DNA of 64,000 nt, taken from Octopus sinensis. Its lineage: Eukaryota. The notes beneath the pieces were generated by a model that did not search any database, was not told the origin of the DNA, and saw nothing but the letters and a program-made list of their open reading frames with translations. The DNA is taken from assembly GCF_006345805.1 (NCBI RefSeq), contig NC_043004.1, forward strand, positions 62,310,001 through 62,374,000, read 5' to 3'. How positions within the stretch are numbered: the stretch's first letter is position 1; the number at the start of each line of letters is the position of its first letter. The position numbers and the translations under genes are program-made. Positions 39,601 through 53,270 of the stretch are shown here, in pieces.

Positions 39601-41469
39601 AAAATTCTGATGTATGGTGTCTTGTATTTCAGTTTATAAATGAAGCAAACATCGCACGTAACTCGGCTTATGTGTAGTACAAGATAAGTAAATATGTGTT
39701 CGGGAGAAAACTAAAAGTATATGTACTATAATTTATGGAACTTAAGTATTACAACAAACAAAATACAAATAGCTTTCTTCAGACGAATATAATGTGACGT
39801 TGATAATATCAATTCAACGTTATCATTCATTCCGCAAATTTTAGTCATATACAAAGCTTCGGGTTTTACCAGCTGGGGCGAAAATGAAGATATTGTCCAT
39901 CTTCCCTATTCTCGAGCACCAGCATATAACTGACTGTGTGAAAAATATGCCTTCTCTAATTGCAAAGCAGTAACTTTCAAAGTCTGATCTTGAGACTAAT
40001 TAATGTATATCGCAAAAGAAAGACAATTGAAGTCGTTTCATTTTGAAATGTTTTTGGAAGTTATTAGCGATAAGCGAGGAATAAAAGCATCTTCGCCTTT
40101 TTCCACAGACAGAAATTTTTTTGGGAATCTATGGCATTTCTCGTTATTATCTTCACAGCAATTCTAGATCTCCAGAAACATGATTGGAGCGTCGATTTTC
40201 AATGGAAAGCAATGACGAGGAGCTCCTTGTGGCTCCAGTGAGTTTAAAAACTGAACCTGATAATTGACAATTCTTGTGTCGTAAACAACAAAGTTTATAG
40301 ATTTCTGGTTAAATTTACTCAAAATATTCATCTAAATTATTTTCAATAATATTCTTTGTTCTCATGATTGGTCTTTCGCATGAACATTGTAAACATCATA
40401 CTATGTTTTTGTAAGAAAATCTATTTGTATTATTGTTTGCTGCAATACTTAAGTTCAAAAAAGTATAGTACGTTTATATAACCCTTAGACCAGTCATTTA
40501 GTTCGGAACTGGGGTTGTCGAACATGTTGGAAAAAGACCCGTAGCTCCCTTCGGATGGCACATAGAGACATCGGACCAATTTCATTGTATTTGATGTAAA
40601 ATCGTACATAGGAATTACGTATAGATTTTATATAGGTGCTTTAGCCTTTCTTAATAGAGATGGACACTCTCTCTTTCTCTCTCTCTCTCTTTCACACACA
40701 CACACACAGACGTTCATCTTTATTATATAGCTGGATGTGAGCGTGTGTGTGTGTGTGTGAGTATGTTTATTTTTGTGTGTATGTATATATATTTTTAGTA
40801 TATAATTATAAAAATATAATTAAAATTGAGTGCACTGAATATGTCAGATCTTGTACTCTAGAAATAGATGTCAAATGCACACAATCTGCTCTAAATATTT
40901 CCTCTAATTATAACCAAAGTTCAAATGCAAAGTAATGAGCAAGACGACTTACCAATTTTGGATAATCCGATGCCTTAAGATTTCAAGATCTGTAATAACG
41001 ATTACCTTGCACTCCCCAGTAGAGATAAATTGACAGTATATAAACCAAAATAATATATGTATACCAATAAATTTTTGCATACAGATACTAATATATACAT
41101 GTACACTTATTCAACTACAAAATTACTCTGCTTCCACGCTATTCTATAAGATATTATATTGAATTTGCTGATAGGTGGAATATAATCAAAGTTAGCCTAT
41201 TTATTAGTATGCGTTGCATGTACTTCTTGCTTGAAGCGGAACACATGTACGGGGTAAAAATCGAAATTAGCGATTGAAAACTGAGAAGGTGAAAATATTA
41301 TTTCCACCTGTCAATAGGAGAAAAATTGTTCTTCAGGAGATTGTGCAGCAAATGTTAATGATGTATCTTATTATGTACATTTGTACCTGTTGCGCGAAAA
41401 GTGTCTAGTAAATACTCATTATTTGCAAACTATATGTGTGTATATATACTTTTATTCTTTTATTATCGT

Positions 41470-41850
41470 TCTTGTTTCGGTTATTTGGCTGCGGCCATGC
41501 TGGAGTCTTAAAGTGTTTATAGTCGACCCAATCAACGCCAAGACTTTTTTTTTTTTTTTTAAGACTCGTACTCATTCTATTGTTATTTTTGCCGAACTGC
41601 AAGGTTTTGTGGATGTAAAAAAACCAACCGGTTGTCAAACGGTGATGGGGTACATGCATGCGCACAAACAAATGCACGCGCACACACACACATATATAAG
41701 ACGGACTTCTATCAGTTTCCGCCTCCCAAATCGACTCACAAGGCTTTGGTTGGCCTGAAGCTATAGTAGAAGGCACTGGCCCAAGGTGCTGCGCAGTGGG
41801 ACAGAGCCGAGGTCTATGTGGTTAGCAAATAAGCTTCTAAACCAAGCAGT
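41470..41850 (-). mobile_element. SINE family B copy
   Basis: Co-linear with the other family B copies. Confidence 0.8.
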
Positions 41851-41951
41851 CATGTATGCATGTATGCATGTATGTATGTATGTACGTATGTATGTATTTA
41901 TGTGTATATATATATACATATATATATATATATACACATACGTATATATAT

Positions 41952-42014
<63 letters not shown>

Positions 42015-42056
42015 CATACACACACACACACGCACAAACACATAGATATATATATA

Positions 42057-42089
<33 letters not shown>

Positions 42090-43159
42090 CATAACAAAGT
42101 GGAGTTGTGGGTACCGCACGAGTGGAATTATATACGAAAGAAGGTTTGAAAATGCAATTTAAAAGATGTTTATTTACTTTACCGGTTTCACTCTTTGGAA
42201 AAAGATTGTCAAAAGTAACGTGTAGAAGTTTGGTTGCGTTAATTATTGGTTGTTGCAAATTGCTACATTACATATATATCGTCTTTGGTAACAGGGTCAT
42301 GTTAAGGACATAACAAAGTTCAACAAGTTCCTTAAAATATTGGGCACAGAAGATTACTACATAAATAATCGTTCTCAAGGACATGCTTAAGATAGTTTCC
42401 AGAAGGAATTGATATTGGTATTGGTGTTGTATCTGTATATTCAAACATGCACAGAATATTGGTTGACACAGAGTACTAAAATACATATAAATATACATTC
42501 TTTGGTGACAAGAGTATGTTGAGAATATAAAAATGTTTAACAAGCTCCTTGAAATAATGGGCACAAAAGATTACAACAAATATATTATACATCTCAAGAT
42601 AAATTCCAGGAGGAATTATCAAAAAAGTACAGTATACACGTAAAAAATATTATGAGTTGAAAAAGATTTACATTATAATAGAGGTGAAGCTAAAACTGAC
42701 CTGTCCGTTTTAGGAGAAATGTGGAACTGAAAACAATGAAAAACTACGCCATTTTAACCCCGAACAACGCTGGATAAATACTTATTTGCAGTCTGAAGAT
42801 TTATGGGAGGCACTCGCTGATTACACAAAACTCATTCAGCTAGCTCGCTACCTTAATCTCAAATATTTCTCTACATCACAATTGCATATATATATATACA
42901 CACACACACACAATTAAGCATGTATATGTGAATATACATGATTAATAAGTGTATATATCTGAGAGGGAGATCATTTGGATAAAATCATAATTCACTGATC
43001 CTCCTGTATTTTCTTTTACCCAAAGTCAGGACCATTTCAGCACCACTTCATATATCGTCATAGAAATTTATATATACAAAATTACGTATATATATATATA
43101 TATATTTAGTGAAGGGAAGAAATGGAGCTGAACGAAGATTCTGCATAATTCCTTTTATT

Positions 43160-43244
43160 ATCTTCTACACATGTTTCAAAGGCCGCAAATTTCCAAATTC
43201 GGATTGAATAAGGAGACCATTTGCAGCATTCTCATCAGGAAAAT
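43160..43244 (-). ncRNA. Mirror copy of the same hammerhead on the minus strand
   Basis: Exact reverse complement of 43575-43659. Confidence 0.8.
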
Positions 43245-43574
43245 CCCGGAATTTAAAAATCCGAAACAAATGCGCAGCAAGGTAGAACAAAGTGCTCCTT
43301 AGGAGCCCATGAAAGCACAAAACTGTCTCTCACTGTACGTTGACGTCTGGGGGGTGGTGAAGGCCGACGAAAATGTCCGTTTGGTTTTCAGTATTTCTCC
43401 CACTACCAGGATTGACCGCTGTCTGAACCCGATTGATTCCAACGGACATTTTCGTCGGCCTCCCCCCCCCAGACGTCAACGTACAGTGAGAGACAGTTTT
43501 GTGCTTTCATGGGCTCCTAAGGATCACTTTGTTCTAACTTGCTGCGCATTTGTTTTGGATTTTTAAATTCCTGG

Positions 43575-43659
43575 ATTTTCCTGATGAGAATGCTGCAAAT
43601 GGTCTCCTTATTCAATCCGAATTTGGAAATTTGCGGCCTTTGAAACATGTGTAGAAGAT
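43575..43659 (+). ncRNA. Minimal type I hammerhead ribozyme, complete core
   Basis: Stem I auuuuc/gaagau, CUGAUGA 43581-43587, stem II gaaugcugcaaa/uuugcggccuuu, GAAA 43642-43645, loop 3 palindrome ACAUGU, triplet GUA 43651-43653. Confidence 0.8.
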
Positions 43660-44745
43660 AATAAAAGGAATTATGTAGAATCTTCGTTCAGCTCCATTTC
43701 TTCCCTTCACTAAATATATTGAACTTCAATTATCCGCGCTAAGGCACGGTTGAGACAACCCAAGGTCGTAACTTCAACCGTGTCTTTTCTGCTGTGATTT
43801 TTTCTACCCGGGATCGGTTAAATTTTGAATAATCCTTAACAAGATAATTCATTTATCCATTTCAATAAAAAAAAATATATATATATTAAGAAACTAATCT
43901 ACGTATATGTACACATGTAGATCACCTCAGCAAATAGTTTATTAAGTTTGTATTTGCTCAGTAATTTCTTTATACATGCAAAACAAATTAAATGAACCTC
44001 GTTCTTGTGTCAGAAATCTAGGTTTTGGAAGTGACACCTAAATGTGTCCTACGCGTGCAATATTCGAGAATGTTTTACCAATATTAAAGATGATTGTCTG
44101 CTTGGTACATTAATAAATGTTAAATAGTAAAAACTATACATATTTTATTAATACAACAATATTCTTATTCACTTTAGACGTGAATTCAATGAATGTTTCA
44201 AAAGTATTCAATGGAAAACATAGATATGAATAAATTTCAAGTTGAATATAATAGCATAATGACAGTAACAGTACCAGAAAACAGCTGAAATGATGAATAT
44301 TAAAACTCTAGGGAGTAAGAATTACACATTGGGTTTTTTTAATATTTATTTATACTTATATATGCATTTTATTCTTTATTTGAGTTATTATTTGATTTCT
44401 TGTGAATTTATTGATTTAATACAACTATGTATTCTTAATTGACATTAATTATAATTTTCTTTCTTACTTACAATTGAACTTTTTATCATCTAATCTGAAT
44501 ATCAAGTATTCTTTCGTCTTCTTCTAATTAGATGTCTTGGAAAATAAATATATAGAAATATGACTCGCAAAAATCTTTACATATACTCCTTTACTTTTAT
44601 ACGCATATAGACGCACGTAAATACTTCCTGTATTTACAGACATACATATACGCATACACACACATTATTCTAGTTGTTTTCCACATCTTTTATCGTATTA
44701 TTGTTGTTTTACTGGTTATAATTATTATTACGTCGCCTAGCTAGG

Positions 44746-44810
<65 letters not shown>

Positions 44811-44813
<3 letters not shown>

Positions 44814-46437
44814 TTGTGACCAAAATGTTCAGAACGGCATTGTTTTCGCCAGAAAAGTAGATATAAGTTTTTAATCAAAGTTGTTTTATTTTCAATAACT
44901 TTCCCATACAATAAATACGACATTAATTATTATTGTCTGAGATTTTGGTGTAATTTGAGAGGATAATACGAAAGTTATGGATGATTTAGTGATTTACTGC
45001 AAAACCCATGGCGGCCAAAATGATCAGAACGGTTGAAAAAATAACAAAATAATCAAAAATGACAGAGAATACTGGAATTATTTAATATTTAGTGTGAAGC
45101 CCTTTAGCTTCAATCACACTTTGACATCTTCGACTGCATGAGGAAATTAAATTTTGAATTTCTTGCTAGGTGATCTTATTCCATTCTTCCTGAAGGGCAT
45201 TCCATAATTGTTCGGTTGATTTAGGATTTCTGGCTTTCAAACGTTCTTCTAGAATATTCCACACATTTTCAATATGATTGAGATCTGGGCTTTGAGCAGG
45301 CCAATCCATAATAATAACCTTTTCAGTCTTGAAGAAGTTCATGACGACCTTAGCCTTGTGACATAGGGCATTGTCCTGCATGAATATGGGTGGTCGCTTA
45401 GTTGAATTTCTCAGCACAGCCAAGGCATGATCTTTTACAAGTTGTTAATAAACTCCTGCATTTACCTTTCCATGTAATCGCACCAAATGGCCCCCACCAT
45501 CTCCAGATATCATTCCCCAAACCATGATACTTCCTCCACCGAATTTAACACTAGTCTTAAGGCATTTAGGCGACAATTTTTCACTTACTTTTCACCTACT
45601 TTTCCCATCTGAGCCAAATAACATAAACTTAGATTCATCACTGAAATGCACCGTTTGCTATTTTTCTTGAGACCACAACACATGTTCGGTTGCAAAGGTA
45701 AGACGACACTTTTTATTTTTGGAGCTGATCCGTGGCTTCACTGCAGGTGATCTTGCTTGTAGGTTATGTTCAACCAAACGATGAGAGACAGTTTTTCGAG
45801 ATAACGTTTTCTTCAATACAATGCTCATTTCCAGAGAAACAGCAGCAGCAACAGTTTTAAATATGTCCTTTCTAACCAACTTTGCCATAGCACGATCTTC
45901 TTTCTTGGTCGTTTTTCTTGGCCTATCTGTAGATTTTCTTGCTTCACATGAACCACAATCATCGAAGAACTTAAGAATACCGTGAACAATACTTTTTGAC
46001 TTGTTAACAATCTTTGCAATAGACCTAATACTTAAATTATCCTTCTTTCGAAGCTTAATAATCTGCTGACGAATTGGTAACGGAGTAAATGGCATTATAT
46101 TAACAAAGTACACTGCAGATATTCTTACTAATGCTTAGCAAACGAACCATCACGTAAACAAATTCAAAACATTAGAGTTCGCCAGTTAAATATACTAAAA
46201 CACAGAGTAAAAGCAACCGTTCTGATCATTTTGGCCGCCATGGGTTTGGCAGTAAATCACTAAATCATCCATAACTTTTGTATTATCCTCTCAAATTACA
46301 CCAAAATCTCAGACAATAATAATTAATATTGTAATTATGGTGTGTGAAAATTATAGAATATAAAACAACTTTGATAAAAGCTTATACCTACTTTTCTGGT
46401 GAAAACAATGCCGTTCTGAACATTTTGGTCGCAACTG
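44811..46437 (-). mobile_element. Tc1-family DNA transposon, IR/DR type, full length, inserted in (TA)n
   Basis: ~224-bp TIRs (44811-45034 / 46215-46437) starting cagttg, each with an outer accaaaatgttcagaacgg and an inner gccaaaatgatcagaacgg direct repeat; TA on both flanks. Confidence 0.95.
45082..46095 (-). pseudogene. Tc1 DD34E transposase, 338 codons in one frame with 4 nonsense codons
   Basis: Paired-like HTH, DRPRKT, FSDES, MQDNA-34 aa-E (SPDLNHIENVW). Stops at 45658-60, 45592-94, 45445-47 and 45166-68. Confidence 0.9.
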
Positions 46438-46446
46438 TATATATAT

Positions 46447-46479
<33 letters not shown>

Positions 46480-46486
<7 letters not shown>

Positions 46487-46740
46487 CATTTTCTTTGCAT
46501 GCCAAATGTATAAAACCACCCGTTTTTCAGGAATAATTCAGCATCCTTTCAATACCCTGAGGCATGCTTTCGGGATATGTCCATCGGCTGAGACCACCTT
46601 GGAATTTATATTGAGGGCTCCAACAATCACTGAATATTGTCCTCATCTTGCCTCGTGTAAATTAATCACACCGTCAGAATTATTTGAGTATCTCTTTGAC
46701 GAGGATAAGCTGGTTCATCAGCATAACTAACAGCTGATTT
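46480..46740 (-). mobile_element. Possible RLE-type LINE 3' remnant
   Basis: Minus strand SVIVGALNI (cf. PVVVGALG) near the element end; weak. Confidence 0.35.
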
Positions 46741-46796
46741 TGACAAACTTCGGTTACATTTCACTCGCTATAATATCATGAATTCCTGTATGATTT

Positions 46797-46996
46797 TTCC
46801 GGCGAAATGCGTAGCCATATTTCGTCAGCCGTTACGTTCTGAGTTCAAATTCCACCGAGGTTGACTTTGCCTTTCATCCTTTCGCCGTCGGTAAATTAAG
46901 TACCAGTTACGCACTGGGGTTGATGTAATCGACTTAATCCGTTTGTCTGTCCTTGTTTGTTCCCTCTTTGTTTAGCCCGTTGTGGGTAGTAAAGAA

Positions 46997-47000
<4 letters not shown>
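46797..47000 (+). mobile_element. SINE family A copy (5' truncated)
   Basis: Co-linear with 898-1130. Confidence 0.85.
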
Positions 47001-47042
<42 letters not shown>

Positions 47043-47182
47043 GTACACACACGTTAGATGATAAGTGGTGTTCAAAGTTATTTATTGTGTTTTATGTTCT
47101 CGTTCTTTCTGAACCTGAGTTCTCTTATATGGGAAAATTAATATATGTATACTTCAATTTTGTATGTGGATTTTGAGATTCG

Positions 47183-47455
47183 TAATAATAATAATAATAA
47201 TAATAATTGTGTACAGTGCTCAGGTGCACTACAACTCATCTAAAGTGTATATATAATCAGGTGTAGTTTCGACGGGTTTCGGGAAGCATGAGGGCCTTAA
47301 AGGATGCAGTGTCATGGCAGTCAACAACTGATGCAGGCAGTTTATTCCACGCTTCAGCAACCCTGAGCGTGAAAAAATGTTTCCGAAAGTCATGGGAGCT
47401 GTGCTGTTTTCTGACTTTGTAGGCATGTCCACGTGTAAAATGGTGTCTTGAAACA
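47183..47455 (-). mobile_element. CR1 LINE extreme 3' end with (AAT)n tail
   Basis: TRGHAYKVRKQHSSHDFRKHFFTLRVAEAWNKLPASVV, the classic CR1 ORF2 C-terminus. Confidence 0.85.
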
Positions 47456-47682
47456 AGTCTTTCTGTGTCGTGGGTGAGTGAAAACTCCAATGCTAATAAT
47501 AACCCAAAAATCTGTTTCAATATTTCTCCTGTATTGTTAGTCATTTGGTTAAATATTTTAACATCTAACTAATCACTCGTTTGTTTAGCGTGATGATTCA
47601 ACTTTCATTCGTATATTTGTCATTCCAATTTCTTTCGTCGCTGCGTGGGATCTTCTCCGTGGCCCCTCTCTCTCCTTCTCCC

Positions 47683-47721
<39 letters not shown>

Positions 47722-48221
47722 AGGTCTAATCTGCGTCTGTTGGAGAATTGGATTATGTCTGTGTGTATGTATGCTTGTATGTGAGCTTGTAGTTGTGTCT
47801 TTGCTTAAAAAAGTAGATACGAGAGGTTGCGGAAAAGTCCCTGGTTTTCAGGGTAACACCGAATGTTCCGAGTTTTTTAAGAGGGCTTAGAAAAACCGAA
47901 TGACCTCAACAATTATATGTAAAATTGAGAGGAGATATTTTTTTATTTTTATAAAATCATAATTATCTGATCCTTTTTTATTCTCTTTTACCAAAAGCCA
48001 GGACATTTTCAACAGCCTTTCGGGAAAAAGAGATTACACGAAACGTTTGTGTGTTTGGGAGGGTGTACGCATGCGTTCTACTCCTATCCGTGGTTATCTC
48101 TTGGTGGGTGTGTATGCATGGGACATCCAAGAAATGTTTAAAGTTCGGACTTTTGCTCAAGCTTAGTTTGATCTCAGGTGTATTGATATTCGCTTGTCAC
48201 GGTGTAAAGTTTAATGGGTAT

Positions 48222-48426
48222 TGATTGATTGATTCTAGTTTCAGCTCACGAGCTGTGGCCATGCTGGGGCACCGCCATTTAGAGTACAGCAGGGATCACC
48301 ACCCCCTGCCGGAGCCTCGTGGAGCTTTTTAGGTGTTTTCGCTCAATAAACACTTACAACGCCCGGTCTAGGAATCGAAACCACGATCCTACGACCGCGA
48401 GTCCGCTGCCCTAACCACTGGGCCAT
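48222..48426 (-). mobile_element. tRNA-derived SINE family C with (ATCA)n tail
   Basis: Head tggcccagtggttagggcagcggac..gtggtttcgattcc; tail ggcggtgccccagcatggccacagctcgtgagctgaaactagaatcaatc; a tail fragment is also at 58140-58205. Confidence 0.8.
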
Positions 48427-48436
48427 GGATAATTGT

Positions 48437-48672
48437 AAGGCGGCGAGCTGCCAGAAACGTTAGCACGCTGGGCGAAATGCTTACCGGTATTTCGTCTGCC
48501 GTTACGTTGTGAGTTCAAATTCCGCCGAGGTCGACTTTGCCTTTCATCCTTTCGAGGTCGATAAATTAAGTACCAGTTACGCACTGGAGTCGATGTAATC
48601 GACTTAATACCTATGTCTGTCCTTGTTTGTCCCCTCTGTGTTTAGCCCCTTGTGGGTAAAAAAGAAATAGGT
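48437..48672 (+). mobile_element. SINE family A copy, full length
   Basis: aaggcggcgagctgccagaaacg...tttagccccttgtgggtaaaaaagaaatagg. Confidence 0.9.
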
Positions 48673-49061
48673 AAAGGGATAATTTCCTTATGACCTGGAT
48701 TCATGTGTGTGTGCGTGTGCCTTAGAGCATCTGCGTTAATTTGAGTGTGTACGTGAGAGTTCCTGTGTTTCTGAGTGTGTGTTTGTTTACGTGTGCATGT
48801 CATTCTTGCTGTTATTCTTCTCTTACCTTATCTGTATCCACCTTTATTCACAGATGTGCACGTGTACGCTTGCCTGGATGTGCGTGGACGTGCACAGGAA
48901 TCGTATGTAATGGGGTTTCCATGCGATTTGTTGTCGTTCCAATGCTACCCAATATACACATATGTGTATAGATGTGTGTGCACGTGCACGTGTGTGTGGT
49001 GTGCGGTGGTGGTGGTGGTAGTGATAGTGTGTGTGTTTGTCACTATAGCGCCTCATATATA

Positions 49062-49280
49062 TATTTCTTTATTGCCCATAAGGAGCTAAACACAGAGGGG
49101 ACAAACAAGGACAGACAAACGGATTAAGCCGATTACATCGACTCCAGTGCGAAACTGGTTCTTTATTTATCGACCCCGAAACGATGAAAGGTAAAGTCGA
49201 CCTCGGCGGAATTTGAATGTAACGACAGACGAAATACCGCTAGGCATTTCGCCCGGCGCGCTAATGAGTATGCCAACGCC
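49062..49280 (-). mobile_element. SINE family A copy
   Basis: Co-linear with 898-1130. Confidence 0.85.
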
Positions 49281-49399
49281 ATAAGCATCCCCTACCCACG
49301 TAGATGCGCCCCTGCATGCATCTTGCGTGAGTATTAACATTGGAGTTCTAGTTCTACTACCTAGTTTATATATTTTCTGTTAAGTATTAGTAATGTTAT

Positions 49400-50200
49400 A
49401 TTTGTGCGAACAGACTTATTTATTGAGGTATCGGATCTCTTGTGGGTTTAGACAACATATCAGTTCCTCATGCCACTATGTTCATCTATGGCATGCTGGG
49501 CAAGTACAGACGACTATTTACTGTCATTATACTCCAACCAAAGTTAATTTAGCCTCATCACTAAACTCCTAGAGATCTTCCCAATACGTGTATTCCGGTT
49601 CTTACAACCTCCACTTCGTGCACTTTATGCTGTAGACCACATTCCGTTTCAACAAACTTGGTGTTAAGTTTTGTATCTTTCAGGGTTTCCTAAACCTGTA
49701 GGGGTAACTTCTACACACATCACCCTTTGAAATATATCTGCCTTTGCTTTGTTTGCCTTACCACGTGTTTACTGTGTTTGCTTTATCATAAATATTCTAT
49801 AGTCTGTCCCATTTTTTACCCCTGTATCTAGTGTGGTTTCCAATGAGGTCCTTACATATGATATTATCTAATTTCTTCCTATCTCCCCTGTATACTTAGA
49901 CCCAATGTCTGTAGTGGTAGCCAGAAAAATGCATGTAATACATAAAGATCTGTGTATATGTTTTTATTTCATAGGCATCACACAATGGGGACACATTTCT
50001 CATTCTCCTAAGCCCGCCATTGGTACTTTCATATTCGCATTGCGTGATAAAGCCTAGTTCTTGACTATAAAATATTTGGAGGCAATGAGTTTCGGGTAAT
50101 ACGCATGTAAGATATGAAACTTGTTTGTAGTCAAAGACAGGGAGTATATTGTTAGAGGTCTTATTGGGGTAATCTATCGTAACCTTAATACTCTGATGAG
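49400..50200 (-). pseudogene. Decayed Penelope-like element (RT thumb region plus GIY-YIG endonuclease)
   Basis: Minus strand KRNVVYSIKC / GC.NRNTRIGKISRSLVMRL.. / SSVLAQHAIDEH at ~49480-49660, matching the PLE GIY-YIG pattern VY.I.C..C...YIG.T.R.L..R..EH. Confidence 0.6.
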
Positions 50201-52561
50201 TGAAATTAGCTACGTGCTACATGCTCGCCATCGTCCCAGGTGTGCTAGCTAGAATAACCCTATCAGGTACCTCTGCTATAATATTACAGATATAGAGTGT
50301 TCATTTGGGGATTGCCTAAGTTTTCTGTCCCGCCTCGTAATGAAGCAATCGGCCTCGTTCCCAGCCACACCGAAACCTATGGCTGCTCATTGAACCCAGA
50401 CATGCAGCTTCTTATTGAATTTCATTTTTAAAGAGCTCGTTCACACACATATACATGTATACGTGCATGCATACACCTGCGCTCACTCGTGAACCCAAGT
50501 GCGCAAGCACACGAAAACACAATCACATGCATATCCACACACATACGTACGCGCGCACGTACATGAACGAACACATACACACACACCATGCATACAGACG
50601 TACAAATACACAGACACGCAGGCGAACACACGCGCGCGCACAAGTGGGAACACATAGCTACACAATAATACATACACAAGCACAAGAATGCACACATGTA
50701 AGCGTATACACAGATGTACACACCGACACTCACGAAGATACGCATCTATGCGCACATGAGTAAACACTCAAACAGTCACACTTACTCACATATGAACATG
50801 CATCATACAACCATAATTTTTTACGAGATGATATGCAAAACCCAGTAGATCTGAACCTGAGCTGTCTTTGAAAAATGTTCTCGCTTTAAACAGGTCACGA
50901 ACGGCTCAGGCACACACTCTCCCACAAACACAGATACAAATAGTCACGTGGGTGTACATACACAATCACTCACGTAATCAAGCGCGCACAGATACAAACT
51001 CACGCACTCACACAAACTCACACGCTTCATTTACTCTCACCCTTATCTCTTTTAAGCAAACACACAACTAAATACAAACACACAAGCATGTACATACAAA
51101 GGTATAAGAGTAATTTTTGGACAGATTCAGAGGAGGCATTGGGATGAGAGAGTAGGCTATGTGAATGACGCAAAGAGTGATGAAGGCGCGAACACTGGAG
51201 ATGCAAACAACGTTGAAACAAATTTGACACATAAACTAACAATCACTATATTATACAACTGATCGATTAGTTTGCTGGTTAGGTATTGAACCAAATGACT
51301 AACAAACAAGACGTGAAATTGAAACAGTGCGTGTGTTATTATTAGCGTATTACCCTTCCATGACAATATCTAGTATTACACATTTTTGTTTAATATAAGA
51401 TATATGGAATATAAATATTCTCCTATTAAATACGTAAATTAATCGACATTTTATATAAAATTTTCCTCAACAAAATATTCATACTACCTACTGTCAACTT
51501 GCTACAGAAAATAATGGACACGCTATAATTTCGGATTGTTCCATTACCTGCATTCAGCCTACATTACCTTAGCAATAAGAAATTCATCTGGTTGAGAGAA
51601 AGTTATCAGCTTTTGGCAGGTACTGCAAAATGGTGACACAATCTCTCTGAAAACGAATTACTACGGCAATAAAAATAACCAGAAATTACATTCTGCTTAT
51701 AAACTGAAGAATTATAAAAGAACTATAAGAATCTGGAATATTAGCAGTTGAGTTAATAATCAAGGAATATTGCCTTATGACGTTTCAATGCATAATATAA
51801 GAGTAAACACGTATTGTGTTGTTCGAAAATTAATTTGGGATGCTAAATTGAAGGAACCTACTTATACATAGTTGAAAAGATATTCACAAAGTCCTTTATA
51901 CATTTAGAAATCCAAATTGATGCAACACCATCGAAAACTACTAACTAATTTGCGACAAAAGGACCAACAAAAATATTTAAAAAACTAATATACTCAATAG
52001 CAGAAATTTCATATCCATATTTTGTAGAACTGGATTCGTAGACATATGTACCAATGCCAACTGACATCTTTTGGCTAAATATAATGAACACACACACACA
52101 CACACACACACAATGGTTTTCATTGCAATTCTCAAGTACACACGCACACAATCACACACCCATACATACATTCACACAGGCACATACATGTATTTTCCTT
52201 TTTCTTAATACTTTAATTCCTTTGGAGACACTCAATTTTGCTGCATCTTACTTCGTACAAAATATGTTGTCAAGAAGGTGTTTCACGTCTTCGATATTTC
52301 TTCTGAAGCATATCCATTATACTGTTTTGATTCCAGTAACCAAAAATAACTTAAGCCGTTCAGATTTAGATTTAAATCCTTTCCATATCACTTACCTGGA
52401 TAATATTTTTTATCTATATTTTTTGTATTTTCATTAAATATGTTTGCTGCATAATCGTATAATTTCAAATCTATTTTCTTTTTAACATCTCCTCGCTCTT
52501 TTAAATCTATCATTTGTTTTGCTATTTCTTTGTTTCAACATTTTCCAATAATTTTTAACTC

Positions 52562-53270
52562 TCTTTTACTCTTTTACCTGTTTCATTCATTTGACTGTGG
52601 CCATACTGGAGCACCACCTTTAGTCAAGCAAATCGACCCCAGGACATATTTGTTGTAAGCCTAGAACTTTTTCTATTGGTCTCTTTTGCCGAACCGCTAG
52701 GTTACGGGGACGCAAACACACCAGCATCGGTTGTCAAGAGATATTGAGGGTACAAACACAGATACACAAACTCACATACATACGTATACATACATATATA
52801 TATATATACATATATACGACGGGCTTATTTCAGTTTCCGTCTACCAATCCACTCACAAGGCTTTCGTCGGCCCAAGGCTATAGTAGAAGACACTTGCCCA
52901 AGGTGCCACGCAGTGGGACCGAACCCGGAACCATGTGATTGGTAAGCAAGTTACTTACCACACAGTCACTCCTGCGCCTTTAATTTTTTTCAGACATCAG
53001 CCACCCCTGTGCCTTTTACTTTTTGACATGCATCAGACTGCGGCCATGCTGGAACACTTCCTTTTAGTCGAACGAATTTACATCAGTACTTATATTTGAA
53101 GCTAAGTATTTTACCGAACCAATATACAACGGGCTTCTTTCAGCTTCCGTCAACCAGATCCATTCACAATCTGGGAGTAAAATAGAATACACTTACTGAA
53201 GTTGACCCGCAGTGAAACTGAAGCAATAATCATGTGGTTGGAAAACAAGCTTCTCACCACAGAGCCACTC
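52562..53270 (-). mobile_element. Two adjacent SINE family B copies (second one decayed)
   Basis: Family B head, core and tail occur twice. Confidence 0.8.

Larger units (their letters stand above)
43100..43719. repeat. ~280-bp-arm near-perfect inverted repeat (43100-43381 / 43441-43719)
   Basis: Arms match as reverse complements with only a few substitutions; ~59-bp spacer. Confidence 0.95.

Noticed and set aside
50198-50260. Isolated CTGATGAG motifs (also at 725, 4273 on the minus strand and 21751) and ATGACGA-ggagc..gctcc at ~40212
   Set aside because: No correctly placed GAAA, stem III or stem I.
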